Positions 25,906-40,316 are shown, counted from the first letter of the whole stretch. The stretch is 61,466 nt of DNA, filler included, from Dugesia japonica (GCA_001938525.1; 6 parts of 6 records of this genome joined end to end with filler, not necessarily neighbours in it), one strand, 5' to 3'. Program-made: numbers and translations. Notes: generated from the letters alone by a model not told the origin.

Positions 25906-26810
25906 AACAGACTTAATCGGCATATTTTAATGAATATTTAGCCTTGGACTCTGTTTTGGATCTTTTATTTTATCCAACCATTAAAATTAACGCTTGCGAA
26001 TATCGAACCAAATCCATTTTCTATCACATATCTCGATATATTGAGAACAAACATATCTATGCAGTCAAACAAAAAATATAATCATCAAGGTCAAATATTA
26101 AAATATAGGCTTTTAAATGCCAAAATATGTCAAACTTTGTACTTCAAGAAATCCAAAATTTCATTCTCAATTATCTAATATAATTAATAAATAAATATAG
26201 AATTTTTATAAACAATTATTTGAACAATTCTATTAAATACGATAAAAATTATTAACATTTTGCTTATTATTTCAAGTAATTAGTAGTAATTTCAGATTTA
26301 TTTATTTAGAATAACTATTAAAAATTCAGGAAATATGATTTATATATATTTAAATGGAAATTTAATAGATAAAACTTTATCCTAAATTTCTTTAACGTTG
26401 GCATCAAATAATTAGTAATAAAATGTCTGATAATTCTTTGAGAAAATAAACAAAATTCTTAATGTGAAATTTTTTTTTATCTGTTTATAAATTAATAAAT
26501 TCAAATTTATTGTTTCAAATATAAATTTGTAATCTTCATGATAAGAATGAATACGGAAAAATGATCCACTATTTCGTTTTGTTTCATTTTTTAACAAACT
26601 ATATCAATTTGAAAGATGAGATGTCATTTTTATCAGCAATTGCGATCAAGTTGACACACGGGTTTTCCAAGTTTTCTGAAAGTTGGAAATTAATTGAAAT
26701 AATTTATTACCGAAAAAATATGTTTTTGTCAAAAAACTGATTTCCGAGAAAAATTATTCATGCAAAATAAATATTAAAATTTTTATAAAATATAAATATA
26801 AATATTAATA

Positions 26811-26868
<58 letters not shown>

Positions 26869-26971
26869 TAATAANNNNNNNNNNNNNNNNNNNNNNNNNN
26901 NNNNNNNNNNNNNNNNNNNNNNNNNNNNNNNNNNNNNNNNNNNNNNNNNNNNNNNNNNNNNNNNNNNNNNN

Positions 26972-27244
26972 AGAATAATTGTTGGACTTAACCATTGATC
27001 GTTTTATAGAATTCATTTAATATAAAAGCTTTGATAAAAATTTAGTTTTTAATTATTGATATTGGATAAAAATTCGATATTTCGACCTTGTCTTCGTCAG
27101 GAATTGACTTTTTCAATTCCTTTTTCAATTGACTTTTTGAAAAAAGTCAGTTCCTACGAAGACAAGGTCGAAATATCGAATTGTTATCCAATATCAATAA
27201 TTAAAACCTAAATTTTCATCAAAGCTTTTATATTAAATGAATTC
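26972..27244. mobile_element. Palindromic Penelope-like element end between (AAT)n tracts
   Basis: Inverted arms of about 105 bp (27009-27113 and about 27140-27244); related sequence at 8370, 32270-32360, 36300-36450, 40180-40214. Confidence 0.75.
27071..27105 (-). ncRNA. Minimal type I hammerhead ribozyme
   Basis: AATTC-CTGACGA-A-GAC-AAG-GTC-GAAA-TA-TC-GAATT: core boxes, 3-bp stem II, 5-bp stem I, palindromic minimal stem III. Confidence 0.75.
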
Positions 27245-27439
27245 AATAATAATAATAGTAGTAATAATAAAAATAATAATGGTTTTGGAAATAATTAAGA
27301 ATAATTTCAACCAATATAAATTAAGATAAATTATTTTTATTAATGATCAGTTTCTATTTCAATTTGTCTTATTAAATAAGTTTATAGTTTTAAATTGAAA
27401 ATAAAAATATTTTCGAAATTAATTGTTATTATTTGGAAA

Positions 27440-29030
27440 GTAAATTATCTTTAGAAAATGTACCTAACATGGTGGTGAACATAGTGAAACCAGATTTAAT
27501 TACAGACAGATTATTAGCAAAGATGTTCTGCAGAGATAATATTGAAAAATTCATAAATCGTTGGGAATAGTATTTTAATGCTGAAAACAAATGCCCAGAT
27601 GAAACAACACGAAAGACCAGTATATTGTTTGTAAGATGACAATTTGCTGGAAGAATATTCGAAGACATTGAAAAAGATTGAAGGTTTTCTGGCTCGTTTA
27701 CGTTTGGCATTTAAGAAAGAAAAATCTGTTATCAGAGATTTTCGAAATTTGATTAACTAAAAGCTTGGAAATGAAGAGATTCAAGTTTATTTTAAGAATG
27801 TAACAGATTTAGTGAAAACATGCTAGTATATTGTTTAAAAGACTAACAAAGTTGAAGAAGAGTATAGAATATAGAAGAAATTGAAGAAACCATAACGTTA
27901 GTAGATCAAGTAGAGAAATGAAAAGATAAATTTGATGTAGTTAGAAGTTACGCCAGAGTTACAAGTCAAAATTAACTGAAATCTGTCAACCATATCAGTC
28001 AACCAAAAAAGTTGTAGAGAGTTGAACTTGCCATAAAAAGGACATATAAGTCTAGTTTGTCCAGATACAAACCCAAGCAAAATGATTTGGATGAAAAGGT
28101 GTTCCATATTAAAAGGTTATGTCAAAAGATGAGGTGTAAACGATGTGAAAATTGTGAACATAAGGCATAAAAATGTTACACCAATTTGAAATTGAAAAAA
28201 ACAACTGGGAACTTTGTGACTATTGGAAGCCAAGAAACTGATATAATCAAATACACGCGATTGTAGACAAAGAAGAAACGAGAGATATGAAGAAGTATAT
28301 GACAGTAATTTCGGAAGACAATAACCAAAAGACATTTCTCCACCAGTAGAAGAGTTGGTTGGAGACATCCATTATTAAATGAAGTCATTAATTATTCTCA
28401 AGTGGTCAATAGTTAGATGATACCGGGAAAGTAAAAAAAAAATATGCAAGTTCTTAAAGACGGAAAATTTTGGGATGATAGAAAAATAGAATGAATTAGA
28501 AGATTTAGGTAGAACAGAAAACCAATATTTCGAACCATAAATCGGAAGGCAGAGCAAGTGCTACGGTATCAATTCAAGGAAATAAAGATGAATGCCTTTT
28601 GAAAACATGGGCTCAAATACAAAAAAAACGCTATTATTTTGAGTTATAAATTACAAGAACTACATTTGAAAGATTGAGATGTGCAAATCATAATACAACT
28701 GAAATTGTTGAGAAAATCAGAACTGGAGTAACAATTGATGGCGTTTGTAAAGAGGTTACTTTCTTACTTGCAGAAACAGTGACATCAGATCTGATTGAAG
28801 AAATATATGAAGAAGACTTTTGAATACATGTTTGTACGAAAAGAGCACAGTAAAACTAATGAAAAAAAATCGACAATCACATTTGTAATATTGAAGAAAG
28901 TTTGGGAGACAAATTAAAAAAGGAGAGCCATTGACAAGAGCTTTAAGTATTCTGACGATCAGAGATGACCAACGGTTATTGAACATAATTGAAAATAAAG
29001 AATATGTTTTCATGGCAGATAAATGAGATT
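27440..29030 (+). pseudogene. gag: Decayed Ty3/Gypsy gag and start of pol
   Basis: PNMVVNIVKPDLITDRLLAKMFCRDNIEKFI; decayed knuckles; PPVEELVGD; homologous to gags at 46960 and 55718-56445. Confidence 0.75.
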
Positions 29031-29056
29031 TAGGACGCATTATTATTTTAAAGAGG

Positions 29057-29089
<33 letters not shown>

Positions 29090-29519
29090 TTTTATTATTA
29101 ATTTTTAAACTTAGACTGTGTTGTAGAATGATGATCACACCATTGATTCTATTGCATCATCATTTATTTATCCATTTATTTATCTTTTTATCTTTTTTCA
29201 TCATTTATTTATCTATTTAAAAAATTCGTATTAATCATCAATACACAACTATTTACAAATTCATATTAATATAGCAACTTATTTATTTAAAAGTTTTAAT
29301 GTTAATAATATAAATTAAATATAATCAAAATTCCCAAAAGATTAAAAAGAAACAAAACTATAAATTATTTACATTAATAGGAACACAAATAAATGGAAAC
29401 AAAAACAAAAATTAATTAAATATTTATCATTTTTCATTAAACATATTAAATAGTCGATTTGATAAATAAAAGAAAATAAATGAAATTCTATTTTTTTTAC
29501 AATTAAACTTTCTTTGTAG

Positions 29520-29621
29520 ATATTTGTTGGAATGTTTAGATTTGCCAATCCTATGATCAGCATCATCATTTGTGGGAAATTATCAAAGGTCGAATTCGAT
29601 GCTGCTGCTTTAGCTAACAGT
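29520..29621 (+). CDS. slc47a: Internal exon of a MATE (SLC47A-type multidrug and toxin extrusion) transporter gene
   Basis: TTCTTTGTAG acceptor, GTTAGT donor, phase-0 102 bp: IFVGMFRFANPMISIIICGKLSKVEFDAAALANS, matching MATE 'ISSVFCGHLGKLELDAVTLA'. Confidence 0.8.
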
Positions 29622-30534
29622 GTTAGTAGTAAAAATTTTGTTTAATTTTTTTTTCTTTAATAAATTGCATAGATTCTTATTTTGTGTTTTATTCTCACTT
29701 CAATGAAAACTAATTGTAAATAATTTTGAATAATTAATAATTTATCAGTTATAAAAGTATTTCAACCACGCCTAAAGATGAACTATGTTTGTAATATTAT
29801 TTAATGATAAAATAATTAATGATTTCATTTAATAATTGTAAAATAAATGTTCTAATTAAAACAAAATAAATAAATAAAAATATGACAATATTCTTATTAT
29901 TTAGTTGTAGTGAGAGAATAATTTCATGTAGTGATTTTGATATATTATTTACTAAATATTTAAATAAATTTCAGATAAAACAATTTTCTTTGAATACTAA
30001 CAATTCTTATATAATTTATTTGTGAATTAGATACAAAAAATATGTTTCTCTCTGAATAATAAAATAAATTACAAATACGATTTTTAATTTAATACTGATT
30101 TTATTTTAATTAAATAAAGTATACTTTTTCTTTCAGGTATTTGGTTATTAAAAAGAATTATAAAATTATAACTAGATTTTATTAATTAATTTTCTTTACG
30201 AATTTTAGATTCATTATTATCACTGTAAGAATTTTAATGTTATTAAAATTGANACGTTATTATTTCAATAAAAATAAAACTTATTTTTTAGATCTTGAAA
30301 TTATTAAAACAAATATAGAAAAACAAAATAAAAATATTTTATGATAAACAAAATATGGACAAAATGTTAAAAATTTTAAAGTATTTATGAAAATAAACAT
30401 TTAGAAAGAGTTTGTCAAAATATTTCTAAGAATANNNNNNNNNNNNNNNNNNNNNNNNNNNNNNNNNNNNNNNNNNNNTTAATTAATTAANNNNNNNNNN
30501 NNNNNNNNNNNNNNNNNNNNNNNNNNNNNNNNNN

Positions 30535-30603
<69 letters not shown>

Positions 30604-30689
30604 GGTTCCTAGTCAAATTACAAATCACTTTGCAATGAAACTAGAAAATCTATTTCATTTTTGTGTAAACTAACTCATCTATAATAAGC

Positions 30690-30890
30690 AACCAAGTTGT
30701 GAATATAACATGTCAATCAACGAAACAAGACAAATTTCATTGTCTATAGCTCGATTGAATGCAGCTGTATCAATTTGAATTACAAGCTCCCATTTCTTCT
30801 GTCACTGCTGACACATAACAGAATGCTATTATTATTTTGTCAATCAAATTTTGCAAGAATTGACACCCGTGATATTATCGGTTACATTTC
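30690..30890 (-). pseudogene. Possible integrase C-terminal core fragment
   Basis: LCVSSD/QKKWELVIQIDTAAFNRAI resembles W...L....FAYN. Confidence 0.3.
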
Positions 30891-32800
30891 CATTCAATAA
30901 AACTACTGATTATGGGAATGATGTTGTGACTCACGTGAATTAATTTTAATCGCTATTTTATATTTGTATATAGTTTATTTTATACCAAGAATCATGTAAC
31001 AATTTCATTTATAAATTTGTCAAATTTTTCATTTATCAAAACAATTTTAGATAAATTAAGTAAATTAATAATGGCAGCAGTTATTTATTATTGGGAATTT
31101 GTAAAGATTTTGCCAATTAGAAGAAATTTGGCATTGGTTTTATAACTGTTTTCATAATATCCAAATTACTTAACTCTACGTTAATCGCGCGAATGGCGAT
31201 TGTCATTCAAACTTTAAAAATAATATTTCGTAATTTCGAGTTTTAGATTCATTTAATTTTAAAATAAGTAAGTCTTAATCCATTCGATATTATGTTTCTT
31301 AAAGAAAAATGATTTAAAATCAATAAAAATTGGGAAAATGTAATGAATGACAGAGATCATCCGAGAAAATATCATTAGATTAAAAACCGTATAAAGGCTT
31401 CAGTTGGAAACTTAGCAGCCAACATTTTTCGAATTTCATTTGAAATGTTTTAGTAAAAGATTGATATTTTACTATTAAATAAATTGAAAGTGTCAATAAT
31501 AAATTTGATAATTCCAAAAAGAGTTATTTGTTACATTTATTAATATTCTCAGAAACTTGTTTTTCTATTGATTAAACTTATAATTTTCTTTTCACCTAAC
31601 TTGGATTACAAACCACTAAATCGTACAAAATTGTCACAATAAATTAATGTTTAGGACAAATGTTTAGGGAATTCTGGTTCTTAATATAAATATATTGAAT
31701 ACAGTTAGATTTTATTGGTCATATTATAAAACATCAAACACTAATCAATTGTGACATGAAATTTTTTTGAAAAAAGTTCACCTACATTTGTAAAAGTGAA
31801 TAGCATAAAAAAATATAATTTATTCAGAATTTATTATTAGAAATTTAGTTGAGAAAATTTTATCAGGAATTTATAGTATAAAATATTTAATCGATTTATT
31901 ATTCAATTAAAAATGTTTCAAATATCATTAAAACTTTTCTATTTGACTACTTTGTTCAACATATTTGGACATAGTTTTCATCAGGAACATATTGTTCATT
32001 TATTCATTGATTATAATCAATAATTATTGATTTGTTTAAATATTTCAGTTGCAATCGAAACTTATAGTAATTTTATTTAAAACCATAAATTTAATTTTAT
32101 TATTGGAATTCATGAATTTCCGTGTATGTGATTGAAAACTGATTTTTAAAAATAATTTTATAATTTGACTTATATTAAACTTTTATTAAATTAAAAGCTT
32201 CTATCAAAATAGTTTTTTCTTTGGTAGTTATAAGAATTTTAAACTGTTGAATGCAATAGTCAAAAATTCGTTTAACTACCAAAGAAAAAACTATTTTGAT
32301 AGAAGCTTTTAACTTAATGAAATCACAAATACGATCAATTGTTAAGTCCAACAATTATTCATTGTAAATCTTTTATTAAACAACTTATATTTTAAAAATG
32401 TTTATACACAATGGTACCACATAAAGATTTTGTAACAATAAAAAATATATAAAAATATATTAATTTTTTAAGAAANGAGATCAACAATTTATAGACATTT
32501 TATAACTGCAAAATGCGGTTAAATTTCATCTTTTTTAAAAAACTTTTTATTATTATTTAAGTCAAAGTATCAGTTAGACGGCATTTTTACACAGTCGGTT
32601 TTTGTAAAAATCACAACAATTTACCAATAATGACAATTAAAAAACTGCTTACAAGAGTTTTGGAATTCTAGTAAGAGACCATTAAATATCATTTGTTCAT
32701 TTACTACTTAAAAATTTTAATTAAGTATAAAATAAATATATAAAAAACGATGGCAAATGTTTAATAAAAAATAAGTAACGCCATTTAAAATAAAACTGTA

Positions 32801-32844
32801 TTGTTATATATTTCGACGGATCAAAATTCGTCATCATCAGACAA
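32801..32844 (-). ncRNA. Minimal type I hammerhead ribozyme, second Penelope-like family
   Basis: TTGT-CTGATGA-T-GACG..CGTC-GAAA-TATA-TA-ACAA; decayed relative at about 55335-55380. Confidence 0.7.
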
Positions 32845-34203
32845 AAATGAGTTTATTCAGTCTATATTATTCAAACAAAGATTCATGCGATTATACTGAA
32901 CATCAGACGGCTATAATTGTTAATTTCTAACAATTTTCCAATAAAAAAATACATTTATATTCTAATAAAAAACGTTTTCACTATAATAAAATTTTTATTA
33001 AAATCACTGTTTTAAACCAATGAAAAATATATAAAATTTTTAATTTATAATAAATTTTTTTCATAACCTATAAAATAACAAAAATTGAAAAAATATTTTA
33101 GAAAATAAAATACAAAACCTATAAAAAACATGAATATAAATTAAAATTTAAAAAATTGAAAAAATTTTTATATCTAAAAAATCTAAAATCATAAATCTTT
33201 ATTATAAACTTTTATTTTATTTTTTTCTGTTTTATTGCCACTATCGCTTATTCTTTTGTAACTTTATAAATCGAGATATAATGCAAACAGTTCTTTGTAA
33301 TTATAAAAAACAAAAAAAAGATTAAATTACTTTTTAAAAAATCTCATAAACATGTATAAATTTGCTAGTTACTTAACATATTGATAAACACTTATACAGC
33401 CTCAATTGCATTAGCAAATCGCACACTAATTATAAAAATTACAATTTATAAAAATTATTTTTAAAGAATAATTTTACAGTTAGAAACCTATAAAAAAATC
33501 AAGAAAACTAATTATGAATATTTTTCATGAAAATGTCAATTAAATAAAACATTTCAAGACGTAACTTGATTTTAAAAATTGATTTTCAAAGAAAATAAAA
33601 TCGATTGCCACATTTGATATATTAAATTATATTTTATTAATAAATAACATTTTAAAATTTTCATGAAAATTTTGTTTATATATTATTTATTATTATATAT
33701 TATGTGTGTGTGTATGTTAACAAATGATAATTTCAAAATTATTTTTAAAAGCAAAATTCAATTTTTTAAAAAAACAATGCTTACAAAAAATAGAAATTTA
33801 TTAGAAATTAATGAAGATTTGTCACGCTCGATTTTCATGGAAAATTATAAAAACATTATTTAATTCTAATAGATGAGCATTATTTAATATTTCTCATTCC
33901 AAATTTCATATTTAAAATATTTTTTGTAAAAATGTATTTATTATTTGTTTAAAAATAAATGAGCAACGCTTTTTTGAATTTTATATAAATTAGAATAATA
34001 TTTTTGAATATAATTGGAAATTTTAATCTAAATAATTGAGTTTTGATTTATTAAGCAAAATAATTTTATTTAAAATTTAATTTTAAAAAATTAAACTTTT
34101 TAAAATTATATTAGTGAATATTAACGTTACTTTGTCAAGAGAAATAGTTTTCTAAAATTTTAACAGTTTGTAGAATAAAAGTTTAAAAACCGATGATATA
34201 AAA

Positions 34204-34529
34204 TAGTGGTCCCTAACCCCCGGTCCATGGAGCAAGTTTTACCGGTCCGCAGGGACATTTCAATTTGATTCATTTATATACTTTTGAGAAATTCACCTGC
34301 GGCCTTCCCACAAACATAAGGAAGTTGAAAAAAACGCATATTTTTGACTTTTTTAAAACCCAAAAAATTTACAAATTCCTTCGAATATAGGAAGCCTCTT
34401 TATATTCGAATATAAGGAGGGGCACATAAATGAATCAAAATTTTGATAAATCCAAAGTTTAAATTAAGTTTGTTAATAAATTAATATCAAAAAAATCTTA
34501 GTGGTCCGCGAGAAAAATTATGAACGCTG
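34204..34529. mobile_element. hAT (Charlie/Buster-like) non-autonomous element
   Basis: TAGTGGTCCCTAACC...CGCTG termini with subterminal GGTCCGC motifs; no clear TSD. Confidence 0.55.
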
Positions 34530-34809
34530 AAAAAACAATAAAATAAAATAAACCTTTAAACGCTATATATGTATATGTATATCTTTCATAGTATAATTTA
34601 AAATTTACTAATGTTAGAATATTTAATTTAACTAGGGATTTTTCGTTTTGATTTGCTATAAACAGTTACCTGATGTTAACAAAGCATAATAAAAAGTGAA
34701 AAATATAAGATTTACAAGTATGATTACGCCGATTTTTACGATTTAAAAAATCAATGACAATGTAAAAAGTCAAGGTAAAATTTTATTACAATAATTTCCA
34801 TCATTAATA

Positions 34810-35320
34810 ACAACATGTTTAGAAATTTCGGGCAATTTATGAATTCAATCATAGAAGAATTGATCTTGTTTCGAGGAATTCCAATCATCTAGCCATTTTT
34901 TATATCTTCATAATTTGTGAAGGTTTGCTCCGGCAGACCATGTGCCCTGAACTGGAACAAGTAGTAATTCAATAGAGCAATGTCTGGTAAGTACATCGAG
35001 TTGGGTAAGACTTACCATTCCAGCTCTTTGAATCTGTCTCGGACAAGTCGTTTCCATGCCTGACATCCTATTCTGATCGTTTGGATGTAAGTGCATGACT
35101 TAATTTCATTATTTCATGTTCATAACGATTGTTAGTAAATGTTTCTACTGGTTCTAGTATCTTAAAGTACAGAATACCTTTTTATCCCACCACACACAAA
35201 AACATTTTTTCCTAAATAATTCATCGTCTCTCCCTGATCAACCCACAATATTTTACGCCTAGGATTACCAAAATAAATACACTTTTCATCTCCAGTGACT
35301 ATAAGATGCAGAAAAGACTT
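34810..35320 (-). pseudogene. Mos1-like mariner transposase remnant
   Basis: FLHLIVTGDEKCIYFGNPRRK, CVWWD, KELEW*VL...YLPDIA, WLDDW...FFYD*IHKLPE. Confidence 0.9.
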
Positions 35321-37559
35321 TTTAAAATAAAGTAGTCAAAAAATCAGAAAATATTGAAACTCTAATTAAATACAAATTTTTTTATCTTAAATAATAAAGT
35401 GTTTTAATCACAAATCAATATAATTTATAATAATTTTATTCAATAAAAACAAAGATAAAAAAATTGATATTCCAAACATCCTTATTTACAGTTGTAAATT
35501 TGGGATAAATATAATAGTTGTAACTTGTTTCTATTTAAATTTTAAAAGAAACTTGATTTACGCTTTCCTTTTTTGTTGTTACGGAAAAAAATATTAAATT
35601 TTATTTAGATACTCACAGATCAGAGGTTTAAACAATAAAATAGTGAAAAATTTCTCCAAAAATAATTATCACAACAACAAACATAAAAAACCTAAATTAA
35701 TTTAAATAATAATGTATAAATACAATCAATGAAATTTAATTGCATATTTTCTATAAGACAATACAACAATACAATTGATGTTTACATATCATTTCTTGAA
35801 AAATAACAAAAAATTCCTCAATAATATTCCCGAAATAACAATAGATAAAAGATATCCATTATTATCATTATTAATTTTAGTTTTAATTAATCAATTATTC
35901 ATGAAATCTTAAGTATGTTCATGGTAATATTTCCCCTTAAAATTACTTTAATTATTTTCTTTATTTAAAAAGTACTATTTGAAACATTGAAATAAATTTG
36001 CTAACAATATAATAAAAAGAAATAAAGAATTTAATTTGGTCCTGCTATATCATAGTTTACAACATAATAAAAACAACAATTAACTAAAATTCAATTAACT
36101 TTAGTAACTTGAAATTAAAATAAAAAATTTGGAAATGAAAAAAATGGTTTTTGTTTAATTAGCAAATCAATCGAATTGAATGATAATTAAAAGTAAAAGA
36201 ATATTTAAATATGGAGATTAAACTTTAGATTAGTTACCGAATATTGTTGAACTATATAAAAATAATAATAAAATTAATTATAGAATAATTTAACAATTAT
36301 TGCGAGAATAATTATTGAACTTAAACATTGATCGCATTTGAGATGTCATTTAAATAAAAGCTTTGATAAACTTTTTGGTTTGTTTTTTTTTATTTTTTGG
36401 GAGATATTGGATTTTTCGAGTATGGTCTACTTCAGGAATATAACTTTTTGATAGATTTAGCCAATTTTAGAAAAATTTTGCAAAATTATTTGTATTTTAT
36501 TAACATTTTATTGGATCATTTTAATTAAATTTAATTTAAATTTTAAATGTTTTATTATTAAATTATATATATTAATTTTTTTTATTTATTTATGTTTATT
36601 TTAACTAATATAATTCTTATAAACCACATGGATTTAAGGTTGATCTTCTTTGATCAATATTTCTTCATGTTTCTTTCTGTGAAGTGTAGAAATTTAGCAT
36701 GTTCCTAATGCTTTCCATGTTACATGATGTTTTTAAATATTTAAATTATAATTAAATTAAAATTTAAATTTTATTTAAATAATAATAAAATAATAAATAA
36801 AAATTTGCTCTGTAATTTTAATTTATTATTTATTAAATGAAAAATTATAGTGATGAATTTTTGGAAATATATTCTATACTTTAAAAGTGTGTCGATATTA
36901 TTTTTAGTGTTAAATTGTATTGTATTAATGAAACTTATGCTTATAACTTACTAATTTGTAAAGGTTATATGGTTTTCTCTATTGTGTTGTAAGGAATATT
37001 TAAATATTCGGATAAATTTAAATGTAAAACTCAGCAAAACACATCTTAATGTTCAGAAAATGTCCAAAAATAAGTGTAAATTTACAAAAATATTACCTAA
37101 TTCTGAATCAATGCGTACTTAAATATTTATTTGAAAAAAATTGTTTTATTAAGACAATTTATAAATAAACTTTTTTAATAATTCTGATATTTTCTGATAA
37201 ATAATTGTTATTTTTTAAAAATAATGTTTCTTAAATTTTTGTAAGTGGATTAGCAGTTAATTAATATATTTAGTTGGATGCGAAATTTGAAGTTCTATCT
37301 GATTACAGAGGCAGAAAATAAGTACAAAAGATATCATTTGAATAATTTGTAATATTTGTAGAAGCTTTAAAACTATTATTAGGTGAAGGAATAAATAATC
37401 GAGATTTTTGTTATATCATTTTTATGAAATTGTTTAAATAATCTCTTTTTATTTACAAACATTCAAAGTTAATAATCAATTAGTGGAAATATAAACTTTT
37501 AATTATTCATAAAATTAATTTGATTAACTTTTAAAATTCTAGTTTAAAATCATGGATTT

Positions 37560-38600
37560 TACTAAATAACACATTCGAGTAAACTCTTCGAGTTTAAGAC
37601 CAATGTAAACGTAATGGTAACGACGAATAATATTTGTGTCGCATATTTAGATTCCATTGATATCCGTCAATACCAGAATTGGTTTTAAAAGTTTCGGAAA
37701 GAAAATTTTGATCTGCAAAACAATCCAACATCGGGCACCAACTCTAGTGGATAATGACATTTTGAGTGCAAACGTCGAATTAAAACCTTGTCAATCAACA
37801 TATAATTTGATCTACAGAGTTGGTTGCGATCAAAAAATGATTCGGACCCATTTAAAGAAGATATGAAAAATCTGTAAGATGAGTGTTTGGGTTCTACGCA
37901 AACTGATAGATGAGAATCGAATTCAAAGAACAAAAACTTGTGTTGCACTACTCTCCAGAGTACAAGCCAACCCATATTTTGATCGCTGAAAATGAAAAAT
38001 GGTTTCTGTATGTCAATAAGAAAAGAGATAGGCAAAGGTTAAATCCTAACCAAATACCCATACTAACTGTCGAATTTTGTCGACACACTAAAAATGTGTA
38101 TTGTCTGTTTGGAGGGACATCCATGGTATTCTATGAGAATCGTGTCATTAATGTCAAACCCTATGCTCAACAACTAAAGAAATTATGTCAAAATATCTAA
38201 CCTACTCTAACTAATAGAATAAATGTAGTCGTGCTACACGATAATGTGAGACCACATACTGCTCGATTGACTCGATAGAAAATAAAGAAGCTTGAATTGG
38301 AGATATTATCACATTCACCTGACATCGCACCATTAAATTATTATTTATTCTGATCTCTTCAAAATCCTTTGGATTTGCAGAAGTTTCCAGGTAAAGAAAC
38401 AATCACAATAGAGATCTTGGCCTTTTTAAACTCCAAAAAACTGGAACCTATCGCAAAGTCATTTAGGCTCTAACACAGCAATGGGTCTAAGCCGTCCAGT
38501 CGAATGAAGAATATATCATTGATTGACATTCAAGAATCTTGTTATAGTATTGATTTAAATATATATAAAAGGCAATCACTTATTCCTTGACTCAATATTA
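37560..38600 (+). pseudogene. mariner element remnant
   Basis: QNWF*KFRKENFDL (HTH region), LIAENEKWFLYVNKKR, HSPDIAPLNYYLF*SLQN, terminal EEYIID*. Confidence 0.85.
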
Positions 38601-39569
38601 TTGCAACCAGATAAAACAGAAAAAATTGACATTAATAAATTTTTTAACAGATTTTAATTATTTCTATTTAGATTATACGTCAATCTTGAAATATTGCTCA
38701 AATTATTTTATCGGACTAGATGTATAAAAAGGTAGATTATAAATAATAATATTGTAACGAATAGAAAAGTGAGAAATATAGAGAATGAAAATATCTTTAT
38801 TTATTTATATTTTATAAAATATATTCATAAAATATGAAACGAATTTTTGAAATAATTAACATTAATTAAAGGTTTATAATTAATGAATTATTGCACTTCT
38901 TTCGATAGTTTATCAAAATTTAGTTACCCTAAAACGATGCTTTAACAATAGACCTCACAAATAAAGATATTAAATACTAGTCTTTTGGCGAGCCATCGGT
39001 TAGATACCACATTTTTATAGATTATGTAACTGAATGAAAACGTTAACAATTTTTTATTTTTTTAATTTTCAAATCATTACCGGACTTTTAAAGAAACTAA
39101 AAATTAATTTAAAACTTTATGATATCAAACAATAATAAGACAAATTAAATATGAATTTTACTGAATTAAGTTAAAAGACATTAGTTTTTTTGTATATTGC
39201 AATAATTTCTGACTTTTAAGAATGAAGTGGTGTAAAAATGTATTTCGCAATTTTATTATTTATTCCATAAATTTTTTACATATATTTTTAAAAAAATTAA
39301 AATATTTATGAAATTATTTAATATATAAAAAAACAATTCTACAAATATGACCGTAAAAATAATAAAAAATAGTTTTTGGAAAAATTCTAATGACAATAAA
39401 TTAAAACAAAATTTGATAAATTTGGCATAGGAAATGAAGGATAATCATAAATTTATTAATTCTCAGAGGTTTCTACTGTGATAGTAATGGTTGAATGAAT
39501 ATGGACGAGTCTGTCCATCCAGTCAGCTAGTTGTATATTGATGATAAAATATACACACACATAAATTTG

Positions 39570-39760
39570 ATCAAGTCACAACAGCCCATCAAAATCATCG
39601 GTCTCTAATGAGAGCTATTGTCAAATTGTTAGCGATATATCCTAATGCATCTTTGTCATTATCATGCAAGACAACACAGAATCAGTTTATCAATTATAAA
39701 TCGTCAAACCCGGATATTTGATCTTTTCAACTAATCCAACAAGCAGTATATTTTTTTATA
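39570..39760 (-). pseudogene. Short, very decayed mariner fragment
   Basis: LHDN followed by F*WAV at mariner-like spacing. Confidence 0.3.
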
Positions 39761-40316
39761 ATTTCGCTCTAATTAAATGAAACTCTAGACATGCGCGCCC
39801 AATTCCTCAAAAAGGAAATATTCAAAATAATACATTAATTTAGATCAGCGCGCATCATAGTGTAGAGAAACTTATGCAGTATATTGTGTTGAGTGAAAAA
39901 TTAAAATAGTTGTTATTAGTAGGAAACGTCACTGAAATATAATTGCATCATGTTGGATCATTACTGGGATCTTTCAGAAAATCAATTTAAAACATTCAAT
40001 TAATTTATAAATATTAGTAAATAGATTGAAATTTATTATCAATGGTTTAGATTATTTTAAAAATTACTAATATTTATATTGAAGAACACATCTAACTGAT
40101 AAAAATATTTTAAAAATGATTTCAGTAATAAAAATAATAATATTATCATTATTATTATTGTTTTACAATTGCAATTATTGCGAGAATAATTGTTGGACAT
40201 AACCATTGATCGTTNNNNNNNNNNNNNNNNNNNNNNNNNNNNNNNNNNNNNNNNNNNNTTAATTAATTAANNNNNNNNNNNNNNNNNNNNNNNNNNNNNN
40301 NNNNNNNNNNNNNNAT

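Noticed and set aside
26783-27016. Poly-Ile and poly-Asn ORFs (also 56541-56738)
   Set aside because: Microsatellite and N-gap translations
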